Below, piece by piece: positions 1 through 14,030 of a DNA stretch of 64,000 nucleotides. The first letter of the stretch is position 1. Each line of letters opens with the position of its first letter. The DNA comes from Octopus bimaculoides. Lineage: Eukaryota. The position numbers and the translations under genes were made by a program. The notes beneath the pieces are model-generated. The model was not told the origin of the DNA, made no database searches, and worked only from the letters and a program-made list of their open reading frames with translations. The stretch is taken from assembly GCF_001194135.2 (NCBI RefSeq), contig NC_068981.1, positions 141,329,746-141,393,745 of the forward strand, given 5' to 3'.

Positions 1-259
1 TGCGAAGGAGAATGACGAATTTGAACATTTCATCTTTATGTGTATTTTAAGTTAGGTTATTGTCAGATACGTGTTATTGCCAAGGCATTAACTCATACGA
101 ATTTGTATACTTTTCTATATGGTTTTAGTGTACACAGAGACAGTATACTAAGTGGTTGCTACATACAGTTTGAAATGAGAAAGAGAAAGTTCGTAGTCAA
201 AGTTATATTAGATAACTGTCGGGAAGAGTGATTCACATTTCAATATATTATTTGACACT

Positions 260-407
260 ATGATGATGATGATGATGATAATGCTGATGATAATAATGAT
301 GTTGATGGTGATGATTGTGATGATGGTGATGGTGACGATGGTGATGACCACGACAGCAGCGACGAGAACGACAGGGATGCTGATGATGATGATGCCGGTG
401 TTGGGGA

Positions 408-438
<31 letters not shown>

Positions 439-480
439 AAGACTATGATGATGAAGAAGATGGTGACGATTAGGATGACA
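260..480. repeat. compound (ATG)n/(GGT)n/(AGG)n microsatellite
   Basis: Trinucleotide runs are directly visible and explain the poly-M/poly-H/poly-I ORFs. Confidence 0.95.
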
Positions 481-784
481 TAGACGCCTGATAATTCCTT
501 TAGTAACAGAGTATTTTATATGTAAATGAAATCTGTTCCTAGCCGTCGATCGCAAACATAGCTTTAAAGAGATTGACCTTGTTAACTCTTTGCTGATTGA
601 AAGACAAGAAGTGGGCGAGGGAGAGATGAATTTTATGTAGACTGAGGATTCTCAGCCTATTTTCACAGAATATCTGTGGTTCACTATCAATCAGCTAGGA
701 TTAAAACGTGAAATGTACTGACATAATTTGTTAAATACCATTGTATTCCAACAACAATGGAAAATACCAAACTCAATATCAATA

Positions 785-1256
785 TCAGTCATTTTCACTG
801 CTGTCATACTGGAACAGTACTTAAAAGGGTTCTAGTCGAACAAATCGACATTTGCAGAAAAGCTAGGTTACGGGGACGTAAACACAGCAAAACCCGATTG
901 CAAAGCGGTGAGAGGGGAAACACAGGCACAGAGAAGAACACACATGGAGAGATACATATATACGACGGGATTCTTTGACTTTCCGTCGACCATATCCAAG
1001 TGACACAAGTAATATTAGACAACACGTTGCGGTAAACCAGTTATTCACCCTAAGAGTACACTCCCATACATGCTGAAACAAATACGCGTAGCCATGCATT
1101 CATATACATTCATCAATAAATATGTATGCAATCGAGCGCACACAACATACATATGGCAGGCTTCTTTCAGTTCCGTCCTTCAAATCTACTCACAAAGTTT
1201 TGTTAGGCCCGAGGCTATAGTACGAAACATTCGTCCATCGCGCCACGCAGTGGGAT
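785..1256 (-). mobile_element. decayed tRNA-derived SINE (octopus OR-like) with internal low-complexity segment
   Basis: 785-935 (gtcgaacaaatcgac...ggttacggggacgtaaacac) and 1157-1256 (ggcttctttcagtt...ggcccgaggctatagt...gccacgcagtggga) match the two halves of the copy at 6215-6660. Confidence 0.7.
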
Positions 1257-1287
<31 letters not shown>

Positions 1288-1814
1288 NNNNNNNNNNNNN
1301 NNNNNNNNNNNNNNNNNNNNNNNNNNNNNNNNNNNNNNNNNNNNNNNNNNNNNNNNNNNNNNNNNNNNNNNNNNNNNNNNNNNNNNNNNNNNNNNNNATA
1401 TATATGCATATAAGAGGGATGACCTTTTGCTAGAAGAAGACCACCTAAGATCTGACCACTAAGAAAAAAATGTTGTCAAGAAAATTCAGCAAACACTAGA
1501 ACGTAAGCGAGCAAGACAAATGAAAAGATACAAAATATATACATTAATCATAGACAGGTTTCGTTGTCAACTACTTACGTAATTACTTACGTAATTACTT
1601 ACGTAATTGTCTGCAACTATTCAGTATGAACGTCTTTGTAATATAATTTGCAGAACATGAGATTCAACATGTATATAGTTCTACCAATTACATTTGGGGC
1701 TATATTTCAAAAGTATTCGTTCTGGCGCGCCAAATACCGGAAATAATTCTGCAGAAAATAACTCTCTGCAGTGAATTTTGGCGGTTAGAGAACGTAGATA
1801 TTTAAATCTAAATT

Positions 1815-1845
<31 letters not shown>

Positions 1846-2106
1846 TTCGTTGTTTAGATGGTTTGAGGTATGGCNNNNNNNNNNNNNNNNNNNNNNNNNN
1901 NNNNNNNNNNNNNNNNNNNNNNNNNNNNNNNNNNNNNNNNNNNNNNNNNNNNNNNNNNNNNNNNNNNNNNNNNNNNNNNNNNNNNNNNNNNNNNNNNNNN
2001 NNNNNNNNNNNNNNNNNNNNNNNNNNNNNNNNNNNTATATATATATATATACGCGCACACATACATATATATATATATATTTATGTACATGTATAAATAA
2101 AGAGGG

Positions 2107-2140
<34 letters not shown>

Positions 2141-2732
2141 ACAGAGAGAGAGAGAGAAAGAGACAGAGAGAGAGAGAGAGGTGCAAACAGAGAGATACGC
2201 GTGTACTTAAACATGCATTTAAACACACGATGAAATAATCCGCCTATATGCGCCTCTCGTAATTTCAATTTCTGTTACTGACACATTGCCTTCGAAGATT
2301 TAAATATTATTAAGTTCAGATTAATCCCACGGTGTAGACATTATATCAAATGTGTTTCTTTCATAACCAAATATTTGTTGTTTAATATTTGCATTGTACA
2401 ATATATCACTTTTAAACAATGTCGATAGGAACTATTTTATTCAAATTTCTCGAGGAGTGTTTTCTCTAGAGAATGAGACGATACTTTAAAAGTATTAATT
2501 AACACATCCAGCCTAACTTGGGTACTTTGTCTATAACGTTTGGACTTATGTAAACGTCACGGAAAATCATTTCATGTATAAGACAAATACTAAAATGCAG
2601 CGATATTCCATTAACGGTTGACGAAATTCCGGTCAAATCATTTCGTATAGAAGACAAATCCTAAAACACTTGTGGCTCTCAGCGGTCTATGGCATTATAA
2701 ACAGCAAGTCCAAGTTTGGCTGGATGTAATTA

Positions 2733-2984
2733 TTAATGTTCATTACAAAACCTGCTAGAGTTGCTATTACTTAATTTGTACATATCCTCCCGCGAGGGTG
2801 TTACTGCACCACTGGCTGTTTGACCAGTGTTATTCTCAAAGGGTTTGGCTGATTTTCTGATTGGCATTTGGCTTGGCGAGCTGCCGCCGATGGTCTGCGA
2901 TGCTGTGAAATCACGTGTTACGATAGTGCCATCCACCGGTGTACTGATGGAATGTCGTGAACCGATAATAGAATTTCGATGCAC
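2733..2984 (-). CDS. candidate terminal coding exon, Ser/Thr-rich, product unknown
   Basis: GC-elevated island; minus-strand acceptor ...ttcgtgtatgtagCAG|GTGCAT; only one frame is open (VHRNSIIGSRHSISTPVDG...SRFCNEH*). No homology recognised. Confidence 0.4.
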   Translation of the reverse strand: MHRNSIIGSRHSISTPVDGTIVTRDFTASQTIGGSSPSQMPIRKSAKPFENNTGQTASGAVTPSREDMYKLSNSNSSRFCNEH

Positions 2985-3065
2985 CTGCTACATACACGAA
3001 ATGATTTTTCGAGAGGTTTACGGGTGTCTATGGAGGTATAAACAATACAAGTCAGATTGGAATTA

Positions 3066-3068
3066 AGT

Positions 3069-3138
<70 letters not shown>
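3066..3138. repeat. (GT)n microsatellite
   Basis: Directly visible. Confidence 0.97.
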
Positions 3139-5559
3139 TTAGGTGGGTGTTTCATTTGTAAGTGCACGTATATGTATGATGCGCATGATCTGTGTGCATG
3201 TGTGCATTTGCCTACAAATTATTTTATGTAGCTGCGTTTATTTGCATGTAATCACGTATGTATATATTCATGCTTGTATATTCATGTGTATATGTGTGTC
3301 AGTGAGGATCCGTCCCCCACACATTTTTTATAGAGTATATGACAATAAAAATATATCTGTTTAAAAATCTCATATCACAATTCGTAGATAGAAGGTATTG
3401 TATAGCATTCATTAGATGTAGAATGTTGCAATACTTAGATGATGTGAATAATGGATATTGCTATAAAATGAAGTATTGGTTTCATTTTTCAATTGAAAAT
3501 TTTGTACACGTAGGGTAAACTGTGACGTGAAGTTTTCTAAACAATTAAGGATATTTTAATGGCTAAACAACACACGTGAAATGATTTTCAATTTATTGAA
3601 GCCTTTCGGTGATGCACCGATAACATAGTCTCTCCACAGTCACACCACCTGCTAGAAAAAAATATCTTTCAACCCATTTGTTTTTCTTGTATAACGAATC
3701 GTTGCCGCTATTACGTATTTAATAATATGGCTGTTAGTTCGGAGCTGATAAGGAGCAAACTAATGACAACATTAACTCATCAACGACGACGGCAATCAGA
3801 TCATCAACAACAGCAATAACAGGAAAACCACGCAAAAAATAACAACAGCAACAACTGGTTAGTACTCAAAATATACATATTTTGTATCTAGAAATCTTCC
3901 ATAACATTAATATACTTGATATTTTTAATGGTGGCAGCGCATATAATTCATTTGTTTCGTTGTTTAGATGGTTTGAGGTATGGCCTTTCCTTTTTTAGCA
4001 ATAACTTGCATCTATTTAAATCTTTAAGTAGGACTTGTTCCGTAAAAAAACAAGCTTCGAATATATTTTACCTTTCTGTTATACATATTTCCTCAGGTGT
4101 AGGAAAATATACATATATATTTTTAACATCGATATATATTTCTATAAGCACATGGTGATGCAATATCAGTATATTTATCCTTGACAAACATCTGGACATT
4201 CTGCTATCATTGCATGTAAAAGTTTGTAGATCTTTCTGTTAAACGGGTATTTTGTTTTGTCTACTATCACGTAAATTACTTTCAAAAGAAATTGAATGTT
4301 ATTTGGCACATATAGTAATTGGAAATGTTAAATTGCAACGTAATAAACATCAATATTCTGAGGTGTCAAGTTTATCTAAAATTTTCCTTATTAACTTTCT
4401 TTCTCCAGAATACTAAATGAGACACTTATTAAAATTTATCTCCGAAAGGAATTCTACTAGATAAGAATACGTCTAATTATGAGATCAATAATGATAGCAG
4501 GAACGCTTTAGCTGCTTCTGTTTAATATTTGACCTGAAAATAAGTAGGTATATTGCAAAAATGTTTCAAAGTATCATTAATTCTGCTAGTATTATTTATT
4601 CATTGTTTTATATATTTGTTACCGTTCCTTCAGTGGTTTGTTGGCGCACAAATAGTTTGTAATAAGTTATTTACATTCTACTACCGTAAATATTCTTAAT
4701 TAGAATTAGAACCATTATTACCCATGAAAAATTAATGAATGTCGCATATCTTATGCGTAAAAAATTGCTTCGTATAATGTAACGTAAATGAGAATATTTT
4801 AAAGGCATTAAGATCCATTATAGTAAAAAGAAATAAAAATTACTAAATTTTTATGTATTTGCAGCTGTTAAAGCAATTTTAAAATATGTGTCAATGTTTC
4901 AACAATGCGGTAATTCTAATATAACAATTTGAGGATACATGCATTGCAAAAGTCAAATAATGTGATTCACAATATACCAATTGAGCTTTTAGCTATGTAC
5001 TTGTAGGCCTGCATGATCGAGAATGTCATTTCAGCTATTACCATCCCGTTGTATATTTTTAGGTAGAGAAAATCTAATATTATATGCTCTAGATTTATTT
5101 CCTCCTTTTTAAACAGATTTGACTTGCAAAAGATTTTACCGACTTTTTCTTTATCGTACATCGAAGATACACCTACAGTCTCCAGTTACTGATTCTTATA
5201 TGATGTACACATTTTTTTATATAGTTCTAAAATTTGTATGGGATTATAGGTAAAGTTAATACGCTCATCAGCCTAGTTACTATTTTTTCTCATTGTGGCT
5301 ATGTTTACTTCGAGCAATGCATGACCATTGAAATATTTACGAAATGAATAATATACTCGTCGCATCGCAAAGGGGATAGAGTTGGTATGTTGTATAATGT
5401 GTATAACTGGGATTTACAATGTGATCACATACGTTCGTCGAATATATTGACAAATATCGAAAGTGCATATTGTATAGAAAAGGATGTTATTTATTAAGTT
5501 ATATATTTAACTGATCAAATCTGAAGATAGTTGTGTATAAAGGCAAAATATGTAAGATA

Positions 5560-5768
5560 TATTCCTTTCTACTCTAGGTACAAGGCCAAACATTTGTGGG
5601 GAGGGGGCCCGTGGATCAGATCGACCTCAGTACGCAACTGACACTTAATGTATCGATCTCGAAAGGATAAATGCAAAGTCGACCTAGGCGGAATTTGAAC
5701 TGAGAACGTAAAGATAGACGAAATACCGATAATAATTTCGCCCGACATGCAAACGTTTCTGCCGCCTT
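5560..5768 (-). mobile_element. tRNA-derived SINE, MetaSINE-like family
   Basis: Reverse complement begins aaggcggcagaaacgtt..., carries a B-box-like gttcaaattccgcc and the central ttgcatttatcctttcgagatcgatac segment; homologous to 32007-32200 and 55240-55425. Confidence 0.75.
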
Positions 5769-6112
5769 AATCTGTAAGATATATTACTTCAAATATCTTA
5801 GCATGAGAGCTGAGTAGGAAATTCATAATCATGTCCACATTATTCAGCTTAAGGTATTGAAATGACCTCCGTCAAAACAACAAAAGTTGTATGCTTCATT
5901 GACATTATTTGGAAGAAGAGAAATACTGATTTTTTATCGAGCTTCTCAAGCACACTCTTAATATGAGCCCCATCTCTCCCTCTCTCATTTTCTCTCACTC
6001 CTCTCTCTTCCCCTCTCTCTAGATAGATAAATGGATAGATATATGATACATGGACACATAGATGATAAACAGATAGGTATTTTGTTAGGTAGGTACATAT
6101 ATAGATAAACAG

Positions 6113-6113
6113 G

Positions 6114-6169
<56 letters not shown>

Positions 6170-6192
6170 TAGATAGGCTGACAGACAGACTG
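6113..6192. repeat. (GATA)n/(GACA)n microsatellite
   Basis: Directly visible. Confidence 0.95.
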
Positions 6193-6214
6193 ACACACCG
6201 ATATTACGCTTTAG

Positions 6215-6462
6215 TATAATCCTTTGACCTGTTTCAGTCATTTGACTTGGTCATGCTGGAGCACCACCTCTAGTCGAAAAATCGCCCAACAGGACTCATG
6301 CTTTGTAAGCCTACTACTTATTCTATCGTTCTCTCTTTTGCAGAACCGCTAATTGTCGGGAACGTAAACACACCAACATCTGTTTAAAGTGATGGCAGGG
6401 TGACAAACATAGACACAAATAACAATCACATAAATTCACACACACACACACACACGCACACG

Positions 6463-6493
<31 letters not shown>

Positions 6494-6660
6494 GCATACA
6501 CGACGGGCTTCTTTCAGTTTCCGTCTACGAAAACCACTCACAAATATTTGGTCGGCCCGAGGCTATAATAGAAGACACTTTCCCATGGTGCCACGCAGTT
6601 GGACTGAACCCGTAACCATGTTGTTGGGGAGTAGGTTTCTTACCACACAGCCACTCTTGT
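6215..6660 (-). mobile_element. tRNA-derived SINE (octopus OR1/OR2-like) with internal (CA)n(TA)n
   Basis: Minus-strand head agagtggctgtgtggtaagaaacc (A-box-like) and gggttcagtccaactgcgtggcaccatggg (B-box-like plus CORE-like segment); microsatellite at about 6437-6490; tail 6215-6400. Family name is from recall. Confidence 0.75.
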
Positions 6661-8660
6661 GTATAAATACAAATGTTTCTCACCTAGTAACGAAAATCTG
6701 ATATTTTAGATACAGGAGTACAAAGGTTTTAGTTTATATCTCTCTCTCTTTAGTTATACTTGATGAGCAGCAAATGTTCCATGCAAGAGAATATTCAGGA
6801 ACAGCAGAGCAAGACGCATTTCTCAGAAGCTAACTCATTCACTTTGTTTCATGAAATGCATTCCTATAATAATCCCTTCTAATAATCTACTTTTTTACTT
6901 CCTAAATCGTATGCGCTATATACATTACTTTCTCCCGATTTAACTCTTTTCTGAGTTCAGAATATTCAGATTCAATCAACTATACATCTCCTCGACAAAA
7001 CAACTTGCTTTTATCCACTGTAAGAATATTACATTTTATCTATTCAAAATAGACGTAGGTGTCATACACATAACTGGTCAATTTTGATTTTCCACCACTT
7101 TTCCCGTCACTTTAACGTAGAATGAATGACTGTTCACTGTGCTGAAAATAAAACTGAACAATATATGATATCTAGCAAATCTCTCATTCCCCATCTCCCG
7201 ATGCGTTTACTCGTCCATAAAATGAAGTTGCTATGATTAAATCCCGAGCAACGAGGAAATAATTGCCATATGGTTAGGAATATAAAAAAGAGAGTCCGCA
7301 TATGATTGATAACCTAGTATCTTGTTTGCATGAGAGAAATGGTCCCACCATTACAAGTATAGATATCTAAATATCGTTTGCAGACAATCAATAATGTATG
7401 TGACAGCGTATTCTGTGTTGGTGCATTGTTCCTCGTTTTCTTTGATTTGGACATTTTATAGGGTTAACAGATGCTTGTGTATAAATTGACTTGTGTTTCG
7501 ATGGAAGCCTATAGGATAGAATAAGAGAAGAGGATTTAACGGCGTAGAAATCTAAAAGATGTTGGAGAAAAGATGTATACATTCGTAACATTGTTTATAT
7601 ATCATAGGAGCTGCACGTAAACGAGATTGGAATGAGGAAAAAGCTAGTGAGAGATAAACCGATGCCAAAGTGGCTGATAAGTAACCCAATACACAGATGC
7701 TAGATGCAAAATTATAAATAAAACAAAATAAGAAAAGAAAGAAGCGTTAAGTGAAAAGTATTAAAATGTAATCGCGTCATGTCAAGGAAGTTATGGAGAG
7801 ACATTGAGTACGCGATTGTAAGAGATAGCATTAGACTGCGGTGGGGAGAGACAAATAGTGGGCGTTAAACGTGTATGATAAGCTATGAAAGAATTACACT
7901 GTTTTAAAATAAAGTTATATGGTGATTTACGGCTAGATGTTAAAGGTTACGCGTCAAGAGTGGAACGTAAAAAAGATTACAATTTAGAAGAAACGTCTTT
8001 TTCTTGTCTTACAGTTAAAAAACTGGGTTTGAAGAAAACTTATATCATTTTGGAGATAAGAGAATAGTTTAACGAATATATATGAAAAGAAAAAATAAAA
8101 TTTATCTAACACAGAAATGTAACAAAATGTAACACGCAGTGGAGCAATAAAACTAAACATTCTTCGTTTTTAATGTCACTTGTTCTATTTGTCGGAATAT
8201 TCTTTGATTTATCTTTGCATTTTTAATTTTTTTTTTTTTTGTTAAAAGAAAACGATACATATTTATAGTGATTGTTGTTGACGTTTCGTTCCACATCAAC
8301 ACCGATGCGGTAAGTATATGATCACAGACAATCTCACCGTAACCATCACTCCTTTTAAGTGTTCTGTGGAACCACATCACTCAATACCTCCTTTTAGTGG
8401 CACGATGTGATCTAAGAAATATTTGGTTGTTATTTCTAAAATGTCAACCGTCTATATAAGCACCCCTTAGTTGGCTTGTACTCCGAGACGCATTCTCGAA
8501 TAATCATAAGTCTGAATTCGCAAACGTCCAGGGGTTAATTTGATATTCTGAGGCAACTACTATAGAGTACCTATGAAGGACCGAGGATCGATTCACTCAG
8601 TAGTAGTTACCCCCCGAGCATTTAGATAGGTACTTGAGCCAACGTAAAAAATCAATGGTG

Positions 8661-8699
8661 ATCAGAATGTTGATGATGATGATGATGATGATGGTGATA

Positions 8700-8738
<39 letters not shown>

Positions 8739-8798
8739 TTGCGGATGATAATGATCATGATGATGATGATGATGATGCGGATGATAATGATGATGATA

Positions 8799-8852
<54 letters not shown>

Positions 8853-8856
8853 GTGA
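8661..8856. repeat. (ATG)n microsatellite
   Basis: Directly visible; source of poly-Met/poly-His ORFs. Confidence 0.97.
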
Positions 8857-10949
8857 TTATAGCGATTTCTTAAAATATTCAGCGTATTCAAAGGCGGAAG
8901 TGTCATGTGATTCCATAAAACGCTCATTTCGTTATTTTATCAGTTTATTTGTATGTCGTACGAACAGTTCATTTATGTGTATTACTCATGTAAGACAACA
9001 ATTGATCTAAATGGTTAGAACGACGAATAAATTGTATTAATGTATTTGTTCACATATTCTATGCTTTAGGTACAAATTCTGCCGAAGTCGATATTATTTT
9101 TCATTCATGTCGGGTCGAAAATAAAGTATCAATCTACGGCAGTGACGGAAGACTTAAAGAAACGGGCGAGATGTAAAGTGGTACGTGTAATAAACAGAAT
9201 ACGCTGTCACTTGCATTATTGTTTGTCTGCAAACGATATTTAGATATCTTTTCTCGTGACGAAAGAACCACATCTCGCATGCAAAGAAGATACCAGATTC
9301 CCAACTGCACAGGTTCCCAACTTCACGGGGTCCCAACTGCATCCAACTTGCTCTCTCTCTCTCTCTCTCTCTCTCTCGCTCTCGGATAACACCCATGGTT
9401 TATAAAAGGGAGACTTGCAAGCTTTGGTAAGTTCATCAAAACTGATGTTGTCCAGTCTTGCACCTTGGTTAGGAATGTTTAGGCGAAGAAACCTATGGTT
9501 CACTCTTGAACAAAAGGAGTCCTAGAAAGTGCAAACATACAACACCAGTCTCTGACGATCGCTACGCAAATTTTCTAAAATTTACTTCCTTAGTTTCCTT
9601 TGGTCTGCCTTCATCCGGACTGGGTGTGTGTTTAATAGATCTGGCTTACAGCGAGCCCATTTAGCAGACGCAGCCAATTTTAAATAAAAAAGATATTCAG
9701 ATGGGTGACTGTCTTATTCTTTGCGTTGACCTGCCCTGAAAGCGAGATATCAAGGCACTCTTAGTATATGTGTTATTCACAAGGAGTAAAAACATTTCAT
9801 AGTCTGTCTTATAGTCTACCATCAAACGTAGTAACTCGATTGGCTCCAACAATTTGCAACCAAGAAGGTTTCGTTTGTAGATATTAAAATCGCTGGCCCC
9901 TACACCAGGAATATCAGGAGTATAAACATAATGGAATATGAAAGATCAAACGAAAAACAGTATTTCGCATGTAGAAACCCATCGATAAATCTCTAAACAC
10001 ACACTCAACGTCACAATCTCGTGAGTTAGTTGTCTATTGATCTATATATCTACCTATATATATGTATATATATATGTATATATATATCTCAATATATATA
10101 TATATATATATATATATANNNNNNNNNNNNNNNNNNNNNNNNNNNNNNNNNNNNNNNNNNNNNNNNNNNNNNNNNNNNNNNNNNNNNNNNNNNNNNNNNN
10201 NNNNNNNNNNNNNNNNNNNNNNNNNNNNNNNNNNNNNNNNNNNNNNNNNNNNNNNNNNNNNNNNNNNNNNNNNNNNNNNNNNNNNNNNNNNNNNNTATAT
10301 ATATATATATACCTTTATATATGTATATATATCAATACACACACACACACACGCGCGTACACACACATATCAATATAAGCACCCAGACACAGGTGTGTGA
10401 AAACAAGAAATATGTGTGAAGAGCACATAAATGAGACATGGTACTTCAATAGCAGCATTAAAATTGTTATTCAGTTTTGAAATATTAACAGTTTTAACGA
10501 CGCAAAACTACCAAGAATCGATCCGATTCTTTAACATATGGCCTGTAATACTCAAGAATATACATTCCATGTTAGATATTCGCAAATGCACAAGAATACC
10601 ATGTGTTTTTGGACATTCATTTACTTAAATATGGTTTGTGTCTATTTGTTTTTATTGCGTAGCCTTTGAATACATCTGTAATTCACATGGGGTAGGAGAG
10701 GAGATAGAGTTATCTAGCTTATCCAATTAAAAATACTATCATATTTCAAATCATAGGCGAAGGTGTGGCTGATAAGATGTATAATAAAATATAAGATGTA
10801 CGATAAAATATAAAATGTATGATAAAATATAAACATATCTAACTCTTCAGTTTGTAGTAATTGATAGCGCAATCGAAACACCCGTAGGTATCATTTTGTT
10901 TATTCACTCTTATACCGCACTTGCAGATACCGTACATACAGATAGCACA

Positions 10950-11046
10950 TGTGTATATGTATGTATATATGTATGTATGTATGTATGTGTGTATGTATGT
11001 ATGTATGTATGTATGTATGTATGTATATGTGTGTGTATGTATGTAT
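10950..11046. repeat. (GTAT)n microsatellite
   Basis: Directly visible. Confidence 0.95.
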
Positions 11047-12099
11047 TTGAAAAATGTTCCAGCATCTTATGCCTAACATGTTGAATGTTGTTATAAGAAC
11101 GCAATGTGTTAACTACAGCGACTAATAATATGCTTAGAGTTGCATCGTATATTGACCTTACATTAACACTGAATATTCGTGACTATAAAAAATATTTTTA
11201 GGAACTCACTTTTCTCTTGCCAGTCGTTTCATAACTTTCAGATTCAGCCAATTGCAATATATGAAATTACTACAGCCAATGCTAAATGCTAGTTTATACA
11301 CTGGTTTTACCATTATGTAACACTTAGCTGAAACAACAAGTAATAATGATTCCTTACAATGGTCGAATATATAGATAATAGAAGCGTTTGCAGTGCTTGC
11401 ATAAGATGAGTGACAGTCAAATTCGATATCACTATGGAGGAGAAAAGAAACTAAATATTATTTGTGCTTCTCCAGATGCCTTCAACACAAATTACATACA
11501 AACGCAACCAGATGTTTTATTATGAAATTTGTATTTTCGTCTTTCTTCATCCTTCTTTCTGCTATATGTTGTCTTTTCTCAATTGCGTAATAACCGATTG
11601 ATTTCCAGTCTCATGCTATTTATGTCTGTATTTCCACAGATTATTAGTTATGCTCTCCAGATTTCTTCTACGTTTCACTTCTTACATAACACGCACATAT
11701 CATTTACTGGCAGTGGAATACGGAAGAGTATAAGAGCAGCAGTGGATGAACTATAGAGAGAATGAGAGACGTGTGTGAGAAAAGCGAAAAGGAAAGCAAA
11801 AATAAATCCCCGGCTGGTATTAGAATAAAATAATAGCTACAAGGTTGAAATGGCCACAGTTACTTTTTCATGGTCTGGCGCGTTCTAGGATAAAAATGAA
11901 AAACTCGTGCTACTATAAAAATTACAAGTGAAATGAACTTAGGCATTGCTCGGCGTTATTCTGTTGAAAAAGCATAAGAAAATGGTGCTGTTGAGGAGAC
12001 TTCAAATTGTAGTGATTTCAAGTTTGCAGCTGTAGAAAAGAAGAAACCACATTGCAAGCTTTATGTAACACAGAATGTTTGAAGACTAATAAACTCGGA

Positions 12100-12340
12100 T
12101 ATGCGTTGAGGTAGAAATAACTTGATGAACTCATTGAACCACGTTTTCAGCTCCATGAGTTTGTCGTATTAAGTGTCTCTCTAACTTCTATAAAGCGACC
12201 GAGAGTGTAGTAGTCTGAAGGTGCAATATGTCAAGAATACGGTGAGTTCGGTAGAACTTTCCAACCGTGATCTCGAACATCACTTTGACGACGGTGACGA
12301 CATCACGAGAACATCCCATCTAAATCGTCCAGTTTCCCAA
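12100..12340 (-). mobile_element. mariner transposase C-terminal remnant
   Basis: Minus translation GWKVLPNSPYS*HIAPSDYY matches the mariner GWEVLPHPPYSPDLAPSDY motif. Confidence 0.7.
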
Positions 12341-12803
12341 TGGAGTGGCGTGAGTCCTCTTGGATGAGCTCACTTAATCGACCGATATTGAACTAATCCT
12401 GTCGTGCTGAACGCAAGGAATCTGTGATGCCGAATTTCCCCTCATGGATATGTAAACACTACTTCTGCGCAGTTCTTATAGAAATAGCATATTTCTTCTG
12501 TTCACATCACAAATACCTCAAGAGGTCTGTCAGGTTTAGGAACATCATTGCAAGTAAAGAAAAGCAGATATTGAAAATAATTATCTTTTTCTTTCTCGGC
12601 GCTCCGTCTTAACATGTCTTAAAAGCCATAAAATTTATTCAAACTTTAAAAGCGATAAAGGAAATGTTGTAGAAGAGGAATTTAGCTAGTAGACACCATT
12701 AAAATAAATGTTAAAATGAGACTAGGAATAAAGCATATTTTGTGTTAGTAAATAAATAGCTGGATAGAAACGAAAGAATTCACATAACAAAAGCAATAAA
12801 TAT

Positions 12804-12838
<35 letters not shown>

Positions 12839-13992
12839 ATCTACGCAGCTGAAATGCAGAAGATCCCACAAATGACATTATTTCATATGGAATAAATAAA
12901 GTATAACAGTTCAGGAGGTATGCGACGTGAATATATTTATTGAACCATTTGTCGTACTTGGATTACGACCGTTTCGTAAGGCGGTCAGCAGCATAAAACT
13001 TACATTATATACTTCTGTATTTAATTCCTATGTGGTTGGGTAGCCGGGTCCATTATGGAGGGTTCGTGATTGCCACACTCTTCTTATGAGCAACTACTCA
13101 AACATTCGGTTTGGTACTCCCAATATTGCATTTGGAGAATGTTCTCATTACTGTAGTTGTTTTCCTTTCCAGATATGGAGCTAGGATCAGTGGCCAACAT
13201 GATATCTTCACCTGATAGACTGATCAAAATTCGGCCTTATGAGACTAGAACCAAATAAGGGGAATGTCTTACAATTTCATACTTGTTACTGCCTATCACA
13301 TTTCACATTGTCCGGGGAGAATATGTGTGGAGCCATAATAGTGTCTGAGTATCTCTCTCTTAAATTCATACGCAAGGAAAAATCCTTCAGCTATAAAGCT
13401 GCGTACTACAGAAGTGTCTACCTGAAAGGTTGTAGCTCTAAGTTTTAAGGTAAGCACATTCGCATATGCAGCACGTAAATGTGAATATGTATACATGGAT
13501 ATTTATTTTCGACTTCTCTGTTTAATTTATTGTCTCTCATAATTGCTGTCTGTACATAATCTTATACATGCTTTGTAGAAAACAGCATATGTAGAACTTT
13601 GTTTTTTTTATCTCTGCACCAAGTGACATTGACTTCGAAGCTTTTATTTTACTTAGTTGACTTTCTCTTCTATTCTTAAACAATTTGCTAGCTTATCTCT
13701 TTGAAATATGCATTGTAATCTAATTTCGTTCCAATGTTTGGAATCGTTATGCAATACTTTCGAAATTATTTCCTTCCGCCGATTCATACGAAATATTTTC
13801 AGTTTGTAACGATGGCTGTAACAGTTTTGTTCGATTCAGAAGGTATCGTTTGCCTCTAAATATTAATACAACAGTTGCATAGTAGTTATTTTGTCAAGAT
13901 TTTCTATAGGATCTGTTTGTCTATATATTGTTTGTATTTACTTAACAAAACTGAATCGCTCTCTCTTTCTCGATCCATGCACGCACACTCAC

Positions 13993-14030
<38 letters not shown>

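Noticed and set aside
208-555. Poly-Met/His/Ile/Tyr ORFs here and at 8634-8927, 39553-39918, 40201-40574 and similar
   Set aside because: They are translations of microsatellites or N gaps, with no coding signal.
9393-9520. Minus ORF DSFCSRVNHRFLRLNIPNQGARLDNISF... and a plus-strand ATG...TTG|GTAAGT mini-exon
   Set aside because: The two readings conflict, both are short, the minus frame runs into a (GA)n repeat, and no homology was recognised.
13173-13448. Plus-strand segment with strong acceptor (ttttcctttccag) and donor (aag|gtaagc)
   Set aside because: All three frames contain stops; at most a non-coding exon, unsupported without RNA data.
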